In this document: in pieces, positions 41,308 to 49,484 of the stretch | How positions within the stretch are numbered: the first letter of the stretch is position 1 | Layout: the number at the start of each line of letters is the position of its first letter | Virus record (IMG/VR): IMGVR_UViG_3300025383_000009 | Direction: 5' to 3' (one strand) | Length of the DNA: 64,000 bases | From: a virus | Taxonomy: Duplodnaviria > Caudoviricetes | Program-made: the position numbers and the translations under genes | Notes under the pieces: model-generated | Databases searched by the model: none | The model's input: the letters and a program-made list of their open reading frames with translations, nothing else | What the model was told of the DNA's origin: nothing

Positions 41308-41718
41308 TTACCAACTTGAATTATAAAATACTTCTTCGCCTCTCGCAATTGCTTCGCGAGCTTTCTTGATGAACTCTAAGTCTGATGCTTTATCATCAGC
41401 ATCGAACCTTGAGTCATAACCAAAGAAGAAACCTTCGGTCATAGGTAACTGGTTAGTCTTAACGCGGGCCTCGATATAATCAAGGTCTGCCTCTGTAAGT
41501 TGAAGCTCAACTCCGTTGAAGTCGATCTTTGAGTCTTCGCTGTACTCGTCAGGATACTCGTCGATCAACCATTGTGGAACCTTAGCTCCCTTATCATGCC
41601 ATAACTCTTCCATAAGACCATGAAGAGCGTTGTGTTTTCTCCAGTATTGAAGCTCCGTTGATGGTGCTTCAGCTGCAGATTCTTTAGCGCGGCTATACGC
41701 ATACATATCTAAACCCAT
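41308..41718 (-). CDS. Conserved phage hypothetical protein
   Basis: MGLDMYAY...YWRKHNALHG...GFFFG...YNSSW pattern. Confidence 0.7.
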   Translation of the reverse strand: MGLDMYAYSRAKESAAEAPSTELQYWRKHNALHGLMEELWHDKGAKVPQWLIDEYPDEYSEDSKIDFNGVELQLTEADLDYIEARVKTNQLPMTEGFFFGYDSRFDADDKASDLEFIKKAREAIARGEEVFYNSSW

Positions 41719-41879
41719 TATCTAATCTCCTTGATAAATTTTGCTTTGAGTAAACTTTCAACTATACCATTATCATTATCTTGAGCGGTTAACATCCAAC
41801 CTTCTAAAGTAGTACCTGAAAAGGCATATTGTGGGTTAACAAGGCATTTATAATAATGTCCATTGATTTTAAAAATCAT
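41718..41879 (-). CDS. 53 aa hypothetical protein (not in ORF track)
   Basis: MIFKINGHYYKCLVNPQY...KEIR*; TAATG overlap at both ends. Confidence 0.55.
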   Translation of the reverse strand: MIFKINGHYYKCLVNPQYAFSGTTLEGWMLTAQDNDNGIVESLLKAKFIKEIR

Positions 41880-42166
41880 TATGCAGCCTCCCTTTCATCC
41901 TTCATTAAGCTAAACATGATGTGCTTAGCACGGTTGATGAATTGACGAGCTTCGTTAGCTTGTTGAGGTGATACCCAACCTTCGTTAGCACCGTTGAAGT
42001 CAGCACCGATAACTTCTTGTGCATCACTTAACATGCCTGCTGCGAACATCATTTCCTGACCTGGAAAAGCTTGCATTTTTACCATTTGGTCTAACTGAGC
42101 TTTAGTCATACCGTAAGCTTGTTTTTCCCATTCTAAATCTGATCCTATTGTCATTGCTGGTTTCAT
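41879..42166 (-). CDS. Hypothetical early protein
   Basis: GGAG RBS before ATG 42166; the longer call overlaps the promoter. Confidence 0.6.
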   Translation of the reverse strand: MKPAMTIGSDLEWEKQAYGMTKAQLDQMVKMQAFPGQEMMFAAGMLSDAQEVIGADFNGANEGWVSPQQANEARQFINRAKHIMFSLMKDEREAA

Positions 42167-42197
42167 ATATCTCTCCGTTTGTTGATTTAATATAACC

Positions 42198-42226
42198 ATT
42201 ATACCGGAAAGTCTAATTAATGTACA
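42198..42226 (-). promoter_or_regulatory. Promoter TGTACA-TTAATT-N11-TATAAT
   Basis: Family member heading the early-gene cluster. Confidence 0.8.
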
Positions 42227-42257
42227 TAGGCCCCCTTAAAATAAATAAGGTATACAG

Positions 42258-42290
42258 ATCAATAACTTACGTATTATGCAAGTTATTGAT
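42258..42290. repeat. Perfect 11 bp inverted repeat ATCAATAACTT-N11-AAGTTATTGAT
   Basis: Read directly; right arm recurs at 37663-37677 with one mismatch. Confidence 0.8.
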
Positions 42291-42355
42291 TATATTGGAC
42301 TTTAGTTTGGGTGTGCCCTGGAGCGCCTGGGACAGCGCGGGCTGGAGGATATATG

Positions 42356-44365
42356 CTACTTAGATTGTGCCCTAAAAGTGCCATCCCATTCAGCCGGGAG
42401 GCCCTCTTCCATACGTTCAATCATGTTCATGTAGTACTGCTTGATGGTTACGCTGTCATCTTCGACCAAACCTTTGGCCCATTTGATAGCTTTATCCCAG
42501 TTTCCACGATAGTATTCTTTTATGTATTCATTATGCGCGTGTTTAACTGTCTCACCGATCGTGTAGATCTTAATGCCTTCAGTCTTACCTTTCACTGCGA
42601 TGTTATCTAGTTCAATAACGTTGTAATGGTCTTTAACTAGTTCTGCTGTGCGTGCACCTAAAACAAGCTTAACACCGTACGGCTTAGATTGTCCTTCAAG
42701 CCTTGACGCCAAATTGACTCCGTCACCGAGACAAGTATAGTCAAAACGCTGGCTAGAACCCATATTACCCACAACGACATCAGCAGTGTTAATACCAAGT
42801 CCCATCCCGAAAGCCGGTACGCCTTCTTTAGCAATCTCTTGATTGAACGCATCTAAGTCTCCTAACATTGATAGTGCAGTCTTAACTGCGTTGAGAGCAT
42901 GATCTTTATCATCAAGTGGAGCATTCCAAAAAGCCATCTGTGCATCACCAATATACTTATCAAGTGTTCCGTTGTTCTCTATGATCTTAGCAGTCATAGC
43001 TGTCATGTAACGATTCATGATCTTAGTTAAGCCTTGTACATCCTTACCATAGTGTTCTGATATGGTTGTGAAGCCTCTTACGTCTGTAAACATGATACTT
43101 AATTCTCTTGTTTCACCACCAAGCTTTAATAGTTCTGGGTTCTTTTGTAGTTTATCAACCATTGCTGGTGATAGGTATGTACCAAACTGTTTCTTGATCT
43201 GTAGTTTTTGGTTTAACTCGCTTACAAACTTAACAGTATATGTATGAGCATATACGATAGCCAAAGCAACGATAGGAAAAATCCCATCCAAAAGAACGCC
43301 GTAATGAGAGAAAACATAACTAGAAGCGTAATACAAAAAGCCAAGAAGAAGCAAAATAGGGATAATAGCATATTTCCACCTTGATAGGATAATGATAAAG
43401 ATTGATAATAATATGACTGCTAATACTTCAGCGCCATCTGCCCAGCCAGGTCGTGATATGCTAGTACCTGATGTGAGCGTGTCTAGAACTGACGCTTGAA
43501 GGTAATGAGGAAAGAGTCCACCTCGAGCTGTTGCAACTGGGTTGTTAAGTCCCTTTGCGGTAAGCCCAACAATGACGATACCTCCGTTAAATGATTCTGG
43601 GAGGTCCATAAGACTGTGTTCAATTGGAGTCGAGCTCCAGTCGACCCAGATACGACCGATTGGGTCGGTTGTAATTTTGGAGAAGCTTGGGATTCGAACA
43701 GCTTCGATTCCTGAAACGGAAGATTTGACTTGGAAACTTGGGTCTCCGACTGCGACACGCAAAGTTTCGAGAGTAATACTTGGGTAGAGCAAGCCTCCGC
43801 TTGATACGACCATAGGGATACGACGAACAACACCATCAATTTCAGGTAAGACATTTACAACTCCTATTCCAGCAGCTTTGTTATTAAATAGTTCAATGTT
43901 AGGTTGGATCCCAGGGTAATCAATAGTGAAGTCATGAGCTGGTGATCCAATCTCAGAGACTCCCGGTCTAAATGCTTGTCTAACTTGTTTATCTGTCGAT
44001 GCTACCTGAGGTAAGACGACAGGGTGTCCAGCAAGACTATCAACCAAGTTGGCATCGCGTCCAAAGCGATCAGAGTCAGGCATAAAGATATTAAAAACAA
44101 CAAGACCAGCATGACGGTGATAAAGATCCTCGATAATATTTGCATATTGACTCCTTGGAAATGGGAATTGACCAAGTCTTTCAATCGACTTATCATCGAT
44201 GTTAACCACGTGGACTTGCTTGGAAACGGTCTGTGGTTTACTAGTAATTAGTGTATCAAAGTACCTTAGTCGAACTGACTGCACAAAAGATGGGTCAGAT
44301 GCTCTAATACCTACTAGCAGAGCTAACGTTAACAGTGCAAACCAGGGTGATAATAATCTTTTCAT
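42356..44365 (-). CDS. CHASE2-domain class III adenylate/guanylate cyclase
   Basis: N-terminal TM, CHASE2 region (GQFPFPRS, DGVVRRIP), three TMs, catalytic FTDVRGFT, DKYIGDA, FDYTCLGDGVNLASRLEG. Confidence 0.93.
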   Translation of the reverse strand: MKRLLSPWFALLTLALLVGIRASDPSFVQSVRLRYFDTLITSKPQTVSKQVHVVNIDDKSIERLGQFPFPRSQYANIIEDLYHRHAGLVVFNIFMPDSDRFGRDANLVDSLAGHPVVLPQVASTDKQVRQAFRPGVSEIGSPAHDFTIDYPGIQPNIELFNNKAAGIGVVNVLPEIDGVVRRIPMVVSSGGLLYPSITLETLRVAVGDPSFQVKSSVSGIEAVRIPSFSKITTDPIGRIWVDWSSTPIEHSLMDLPESFNGGIVIVGLTAKGLNNPVATARGGLFPHYLQASVLDTLTSGTSISRPGWADGAEVLAVILLSIFIIILSRWKYAIIPILLLLGFLYYASSYVFSHYGVLLDGIFPIVALAIVYAHTYTVKFVSELNQKLQIKKQFGTYLSPAMVDKLQKNPELLKLGGETRELSIMFTDVRGFTTISEHYGKDVQGLTKIMNRYMTAMTAKIIENNGTLDKYIGDAQMAFWNAPLDDKDHALNAVKTALSMLGDLDAFNQEIAKEGVPAFGMGLGINTADVVVGNMGSSQRFDYTCLGDGVNLASRLEGQSKPYGVKLVLGARTAELVKDHYNVIELDNIAVKGKTEGIKIYTIGETVKHAHNEYIKEYYRGNWDKAIKWAKGLVEDDSVTIKQYYMNMIERMEEGLPAEWDGTFRAQSK

Positions 44366-44493
44366 TTGATAGCGTGTGTCTTGTTATGTTTTAAACTCTT
44401 CTTGATTGCTTTCTTCCAAAGCTTCTCTTCTTTTTTAGGCTTATGCTTAACGCATGCCTTATACATCTTCATTATTAGTTCTTTAACTTTCAT
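44362..44493 (-). CDS. 43 aa very basic protein (not in ORF track)
   Basis: MKVKELIMKMYKACVKHKPKKEEKLWKKAIKKSLKHNKTHAIK*; ATGA overlap with the cyclase start. Confidence 0.55.
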   Translation of the reverse strand: MKVKELIMKMYKACVKHKPKKEEKLWKKAIKKSLKHNKTHAIK

Positions 44494-44494
44494 G

Positions 44495-45385
44495 CTATGC
44501 TCCTTGTATTTTAAACTTAATATACTCTGTTATCAAGTCAGCGACGTCAGTCTCACAATACTGTTCAAACCCTTTAAATCCTGGGTTTGAGTTAGCTTCG
44601 CATACTCTAAAGCCTCTTTTGTCGAATAGTAAATCCACACCTGCAATATCTAGCTTAAGTACTTTTGCAGTCTCTCTAGCTATATATTCAATCTCGTCTG
44701 TTATCTCGTAGTTATGACCAGTGCCACCATTAGTGATGTTAGCTCTGAAGTCACCCTCTGGTGCTGTACGTCTCATAGCTCCTACTACTTTACCACCTAT
44801 GACAAGAACCCTTAAGTCCTCACCTGGACGGTCACCAAGATATTCCTGTACTATCATCGTCTTCTTAGCGTTTAAGATATCGATGAACTCCATCATCTTT
44901 TTGTACTCTCTTATGGTCTCACAGAGGTGTACACCTTCCCCATAAGAACCTGATACCAGCTTAACGACACACGGAAAGCCTATGTTATCAGTCACTAAGT
45001 CATCGTCTATAGGCAACCTTACTAACATCGTGTTTGGTATAGGTAACCCGTTCTTACTTAATATCTGTGATGTCCTTAGCTTATCTTTTACTATCTCGAC
45101 AGCAGAGCTTGAGTTAACACACATCACGCCTGCTTGTTCAAAGTGTCTTATCACTGCTAGCTGGAAAGGTAGTATGCCTGCACCCAACCTAACCAATAAT
45201 AACTTTGGTAACTCTATCGTCTCACCGTCGTACTTGATACCTTCACGTAGGTCTTTATCTACGATGATGTCAAAGTTATCAGGATGGCAGACACGAGCAG
45301 TTATACCTTTTGATGTAAAGCTTTCTACGAGCTTATTAGTCTCGTACTCGTTTCTTTCCTGCTTTGATAATATAATTACAGTCAT
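44495..45385 (-). CDS. rimK: RimK-family ATP-grasp glutamate ligase
   Basis: DKLRTSQIL, FPCVVKLVSGSYGEGV, DLRVLVIGG, FRANITNGG and CEANSNPGF motifs. Confidence 0.9.
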   Translation of the reverse strand: MTVIILSKQERNEYETNKLVESFTSKGITARVCHPDNFDIIVDKDLREGIKYDGETIELPKLLLVRLGAGILPFQLAVIRHFEQAGVMCVNSSSAVEIVKDKLRTSQILSKNGLPIPNTMLVRLPIDDDLVTDNIGFPCVVKLVSGSYGEGVHLCETIREYKKMMEFIDILNAKKTMIVQEYLGDRPGEDLRVLVIGGKVVGAMRRTAPEGDFRANITNGGTGHNYEITDEIEYIARETAKVLKLDIAGVDLLFDKRGFRVCEANSNPGFKGFEQYCETDVADLITEYIKFKIQGA

Positions 45386-45390
45386 GACAC

Positions 45391-45419
45391 ATTATAACTT
45401 ATTATTTAATTAATGTAAA
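45391..45419 (-). promoter_or_regulatory. Promoter TTTACA-TTAATT-N11-TATAAT
   Basis: Family member; ATG 5 nt downstream of the -10 hexamer. Confidence 0.7.
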
Positions 45420-45420
45420 A

Positions 45421-45774
45421 TTATTCGAAGCCTTCGTTGCGTTTTACACGCCATACATAAGACATCTGTGTTCCATCTGGCCTATCATCATTGATAAGTA
45501 TACGCTCACCGTTTGGTAAGTTAAAGATGATGTCGTCAAACCTAATATCATGTTTCTCTAAGAACTTTATAGTATGCTTCTTAAGATACTTTGGTCTAGC
45601 AGTAATTAAGATTATATGGTCCTTTTCAGGTATAGTATCCCAAAACTCTTTAACACCAGGCAATAACTTATCTTTACATACCGCAGACTTTAATAGGTTA
45701 TACCTTAATATAGTCCCATCAAGATCGATAAACCAAGTCTTGCGATGTTTAGACTTTAAGTTAGTTAACTTCAT
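45421..45774 (-). CDS. Small HAD-superfamily phosphatase
   Basis: WFIDLDGT motif I, LITARP and LINDD. Confidence 0.75.
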   Translation of the reverse strand: MKLTNLKSKHRKTWFIDLDGTILRYNLLKSAVCKDKLLPGVKEFWDTIPEKDHIILITARPKYLKKHTIKFLEKHDIRFDDIIFNLPNGERILINDDRPDGTQMSYVWRVKRNEGFE

Positions 45775-46338
45775 TTATAGTGGTAACCAGAGCCATAAAC
45801 CTTGTGACATCAATACTACACCAACCAAACATAATAGGAATGATGAGTAGAATAATGGCATTGATACAGCAAGGATAGACGCTGATAACAACACGATAGA
45901 TAGCTGATAAGCTGTACCTGCATAACCGATCCATGGAGATCTCTTCTTAGCATAGTCACGGTCAGCTTCTAACTTCTTAGCTGTATCATATAATGCAGGT
46001 TTTCCTTCTGGTCCTTCATCATAGCTTTTAGCTTTTACTGCAAATTTCTTAGCTAGATCTGGGTTTGTAGCAGTCTGAGCTGAGATCTCATACTGTGTTT
46101 GCTTTACTGATTTAGCTTGGTAGAAGTTCCATAAGTCGTTTGCTTTGATCGTGTTGTTCATGATGAGTGAACCTAATGAACCTCCGAACCATACGTTAAA
46201 TGCCAATAAAGCAGCAAATATATTAATGATTAAACCCGCATGTGATTTAATCTTAACCTCTTTTTCTGATCTTGAAGGTCCAATGTTCTTAGTCTCTTCC
46301 TTTGTTAATGTCTTAATGACCATATCTTCTAAAGCCAT
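45775..46338 (-). CDS. DUF4337-like membrane protein
   Basis: Two TM segments flanking ANDLWNFYQAKSVKQ. Confidence 0.7.
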   Translation of the reverse strand: MALEDMVIKTLTKEETKNIGPSRSEKEVKIKSHAGLIINIFAALLAFNVWFGGSLGSLIMNNTIKANDLWNFYQAKSVKQTQYEISAQTATNPDLAKKFAVKAKSYDEGPEGKPALYDTAKKLEADRDYAKKRSPWIGYAGTAYQLSIVLLSASILAVSMPLFYSSFLLCLVGVVLMSQGLWLWLPL

Positions 46339-46339
46339 G

Positions 46340-47404
46340 TTAGTTTCCTTTTTGATTGATGGTTATACTATTGGTCGTTTGGTCTTGATTTTTTAAATTT
46401 ACCGTTACGCCATTTTGTATAATATTTATATTGTATCCTTTATCTTTATCTATTAATACTGTAGCACTATCTTTAACTGTTCTTTGTATCATCCAATATG
46501 TTTGTTTGTCAAAAATATAAACTTGATTTAGAGCATTATATCCTACAACAAAAGTAGCTAACAATGTATTATCAAGAGCATTTGTTAAATAGTTTGTATC
46601 AAGAGGATTAACATCTAGTTCATTGAAACCCGCATATGGGTCTTTAAATACTTTTGAATCTAATGCATTTTGTTCCAATCCTGTAAACTCTAAAGCAGAA
46701 CCAGATTTATTGGCTATTTCAGCTTGTATTCTTTCAACAACTTCTTTTGGAGGTTTAACGATAAGCATATTATCAATAGCTGATTCTGATAAAGCTAATA
46801 GAACAGGTTTAAGAGGTTTAATTTCTGATGATTTTGTTACTGTAGCTTGAAATGCTTGGTTTAAAACAACTTTTCCCATAGCTGTGCTAACTTCAATTGA
46901 ACCAACTGAACCATCTGGATTAGGTAATAAAATAATGAGAGATTGACCTATTTCATCTACTGTCATTGTGAATGCTGTACCACGAACAGCAACAGTTGCC
47001 GTTGGTGTATTAATAGCCACATTTTTATTATTTTCATGGGCAATATTACCAGATGCATAACGAACAGTTCCCATTGTTACATTGAGAGCTAATTTACCTG
47101 CACCTTTTTTATTGGGGTCATAGACAAAATCGTCTATAAGAAGTTTTGAATGTTCGGTAACACGAACTTGTGTGTTATCTTCAAATGTAATGCCTACTAT
47201 TCCATTGCCTGTTTGAACAATATCATTACTATCTATATTTGATTTAGGTTTAGCCTCTATTACATCTTTATTTCTAGTAATAGAGGCTGGACCTTTTTGT
47301 TCAGTTATAGAACCAATTACCGCCCAACTAGTGTTGGATGACAGACACAGAAGCACCGCTACCAGTAAGGTTAACGATTGCACTATTTGGGTTGGTCGTA
47401 CCAT
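46340..47404 (-). CDS. FecR-domain periplasmic protein
   Basis: Signal peptide; VQTGNGIVGITFEDNTQVRVTEHSKLLIDDFVYDP...GTVRY...TPTATVAVRGTAF. Confidence 0.85.
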   Translation of the reverse strand: MVRPTQIVQSLTLLVAVLLCLSSNTSWAVIGSITEQKGPASITRNKDVIEAKPKSNIDSNDIVQTGNGIVGITFEDNTQVRVTEHSKLLIDDFVYDPNKKGAGKLALNVTMGTVRYASGNIAHENNKNVAINTPTATVAVRGTAFTMTVDEIGQSLIILLPNPDGSVGSIEVSTAMGKVVLNQAFQATVTKSSEIKPLKPVLLALSESAIDNMLIVKPPKEVVERIQAEIANKSGSALEFTGLEQNALDSKVFKDPYAGFNELDVNPLDTNYLTNALDNTLLATFVVGYNALNQVYIFDKQTYWMIQRTVKDSATVLIDKDKGYNINIIQNGVTVNLKNQDQTTNSITINQKGN

Positions 47405-48035
47405 CTTGAGTCACACTTATATTATTTGAATTACCAATGTTGTTAATACTAATACTATGGCCTGCACCAGCACCAGTACCATTTGCACCTGTTTGGCTTG
47501 TGGTGATACTGTTATTGTTACCTGCAATTGCTATAGTATCTGTAACATTTTTACTGTTTATGGTACTTGTTATCGAATTACTATTTCCTACAGTAGTGAT
47601 GCTATAGTTATAATTACTCGAATCTCTCATTGTTCCTATATTCAATACAGAATTATTGTTACTACCTGAAAACGATAAATTTAAATTACCGTTATCAGTA
47701 CCAAAGTTTCCGTAATTCAATACGATACCGTTACTATTACCATCTTGAGATATTACTCCTGTAGAACCACCACCAACAAAATTACCTGTGATAGAGTTGT
47801 TCATACCGTTTTGTGTGATACCTAAATTAATACTGTTACCATCAATCACAAATGATGGACTACCAACATTAGTAGGATCTCCTACCGTGTTGTTAGAACC
47901 TGTTTGTGTTATGGTGACTGTAGAATTATCAGCGTTAGTTTGGTCAATATAAACACTATTACCTCCACTATCGACTGCCAAAGCACTAAATGCTAATAAC
48001 AAACCCATCACAAAAGTGATAAGCTTACTTTTCAT
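47328..48035 (-). CDS. Curlin-repeat (CsgA/CsgB-like) secreted beta-solenoid protein
   Basis: Signal peptide MKSKLITFVMGLLLAFSALA; repeated Q/S-x-G-x-x-N units; N/S/G/T-rich; AAGGAG RBS before ATG 48035. Confidence 0.7.
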   Translation of the reverse strand: MKSKLITFVMGLLLAFSALAVDSGGNSVYIDQTNADNSTVTITQTGSNNTVGDPTNVGSPSFVIDGNSINLGITQNGMNNSITGNFVGGGSTGVISQDGNSNGIVLNYGNFGTDNGNLNLSFSGSNNNSVLNIGTMRDSSNYNYSITTVGNSNSITSTINSKNVTDTIAIAGNNNSITTSQTGANGTGAGAGHSISINNIGNSNNISVTQDGTTNPNSAIVNLTGSGASVSVIQH

Positions 48036-48807
48036 TCTTTTTCTCCTTAAATTGCCACATACCTTTTTTTTCACCTTGAATAATCAATTGCTCTACCGCC
48101 AGGTCTGTAGCTGCTTTTATGGCGTGTATAGAAGCCTCTGTTTGAGATATTCCTATCTCTTGTTCAAAATTTTGTGTTCCATTATCAAAAAACTTAAATA
48201 TAGCTACACCTGCTGTATAACTCAATATGGTTTTTTGAGCGTTTACTGTTAATAGCACTTCACCTGTTTGTGTGCTAATTGCTCTAATACTTACAGTCAC
48301 CACATCTTCTTGATATTGTGTGTCTGGTCCAATTCCTAACCAACGAACACCAATACCACCTGTTCTTATATTTGTATCATAACTTATAATTCCGCCTTCA
48401 ATAATCATACCTGCATACAACATAGGTCTGATTCCAGAAGGATCTCTTGCTTCATCTCTTGCTGAACGAATTAGTTGTCTTTCTTTTAATAAGTTGTCTA
48501 TACCAACTCGTTCTACTATTCTAAACCATTTTCCATCACCAGCATCTTCTAATGATTTTAATAATACTGTTTCACCGCCTTGTGTTACAGCTGATGATAA
48601 TTTAGCAATTGTAGCAGAATCTTTTCTTTGACCAGTTTTATCAGCAAAACTATAAACAGCTACAACTACTTTACCTTTAGCAGGTTCAGGTAATGGAGCT
48701 CTAGCCCATTTCATTGGCATAATTTCTGGTTCTTTTTTAATAACATTCATTGGCGGTGTGCAGCCAATTATTGTTATACACATAAGTGCTATTAATATTT
48801 TTTTCAT
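48025..48807 (-). CDS. csgG: Curli secretion channel CsgG
   Basis: Lipobox IIGC; VAVYSFADKTGQRK, LSSAVTQGG, WFRIVER and IIEGGIISYDTN motifs. Confidence 0.92.
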   Translation of the reverse strand: MKKILIALMCITIIGCTPPMNVIKKEPEIMPMKWARAPLPEPAKGKVVVAVYSFADKTGQRKDSATIAKLSSAVTQGGETVLLKSLEDAGDGKWFRIVERVGIDNLLKERQLIRSARDEARDPSGIRPMLYAGMIIEGGIISYDTNIRTGGIGVRWLGIGPDTQYQEDVVTVSIRAISTQTGEVLLTVNAQKTILSYTAGVAIFKFFDNGTQNFEQEIGISQTEASIHAIKAATDLAVEQLIIQGEKKGMWQFKEKKNEK

Positions 48808-48808
48808 A

Positions 48809-49249
48809 TTAGAAACTTAAAGTTCCAATAGGAATACTAACTTGTGTTACATTACCATTTTGATCCTTAACAGTCATGTTAATCATGTCAGCTGTTTTAG
48901 TGTATGTAATAGTATTGCCTTCAATGGTAACAGTTCCACTATTTTGTGGATTTTCACCAAACAGATTATTAATTAATTGTGTAGATAGTTGAGCATAGAC
49001 TCTGCTCTCAAAGTTAGTCAAGAACTTGGCTAATATAGTATTACCTGCAGCTGTAGCAGCATCAATTGCAGCTTGTTTTTTGGCCGCATAAATTGCTTGT
49101 TTACGAGTGTATTCAGTATTCTCTATTGTTTGAACGTGAGAAGAGTATCCTATACCTGAAAAAGAAGGAGATTTAAATTGAAACGTCTGTTCTGCATATG
49201 CGCTACTTGACAGTATCGTCAGTATGAGAATTCTTATTGTTTTCTTCAT
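48809..49249 (-). CDS. csgF: Curli assembly protein CsgF
   Basis: Signal peptide followed by TFQFKSPSFSG; FLTNFESRVYAQLSTQL; adjacent to csgG. Confidence 0.8.
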   Translation of the reverse strand: MKKTIRILILTILSSSAYAEQTFQFKSPSFSGIGYSSHVQTIENTEYTRKQAIYAAKKQAAIDAATAAGNTILAKFLTNFESRVYAQLSTQLINNLFGENPQNSGTVTIEGNTITYTKTADMINMTVKDQNGNVTQVSIPIGTLSF

Positions 49250-49484
49250 CTTTAATTTCTCGCATCATTAATACTACATTAAGTTTTTGATTTAATCTAA
49301 TCAAATCATTATCTAGCATTCTAATACGGTCAATCAAAGCAATCACTATCTTTTCAGTTTCATTTAATACTGGTTCTGTTTCTTCTGTTGCCCACTTCCA
49401 AACATAAAAAATAAGATAACCCATACCGCAAGCAGCGATAATAGGAAATCCATATTTACTAATTAAATCTGCTAATTCTTCCAT
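49203..49484 (-). CDS. Small single-TM coiled-coil protein (paralog B)
   Basis: LISKYGFPIIAACGMGYLIFYVWKW...RMLDNDLIRL. Confidence 0.7.
   Translation of the reverse strand: MEELADLISKYGFPIIAACGMGYLIFYVWKWATEETEPVLNETEKIVIALIDRIRMLDNDLIRLNQKLNVVLMMREIKDEENNKNSHTDDTVK

Noticed and set aside
46433-46440. TATAAATA inside the FecR gene
   Set aside because: Explained by the codons for YNINI in AT-rich sequence; cannot be distinguished from chance.
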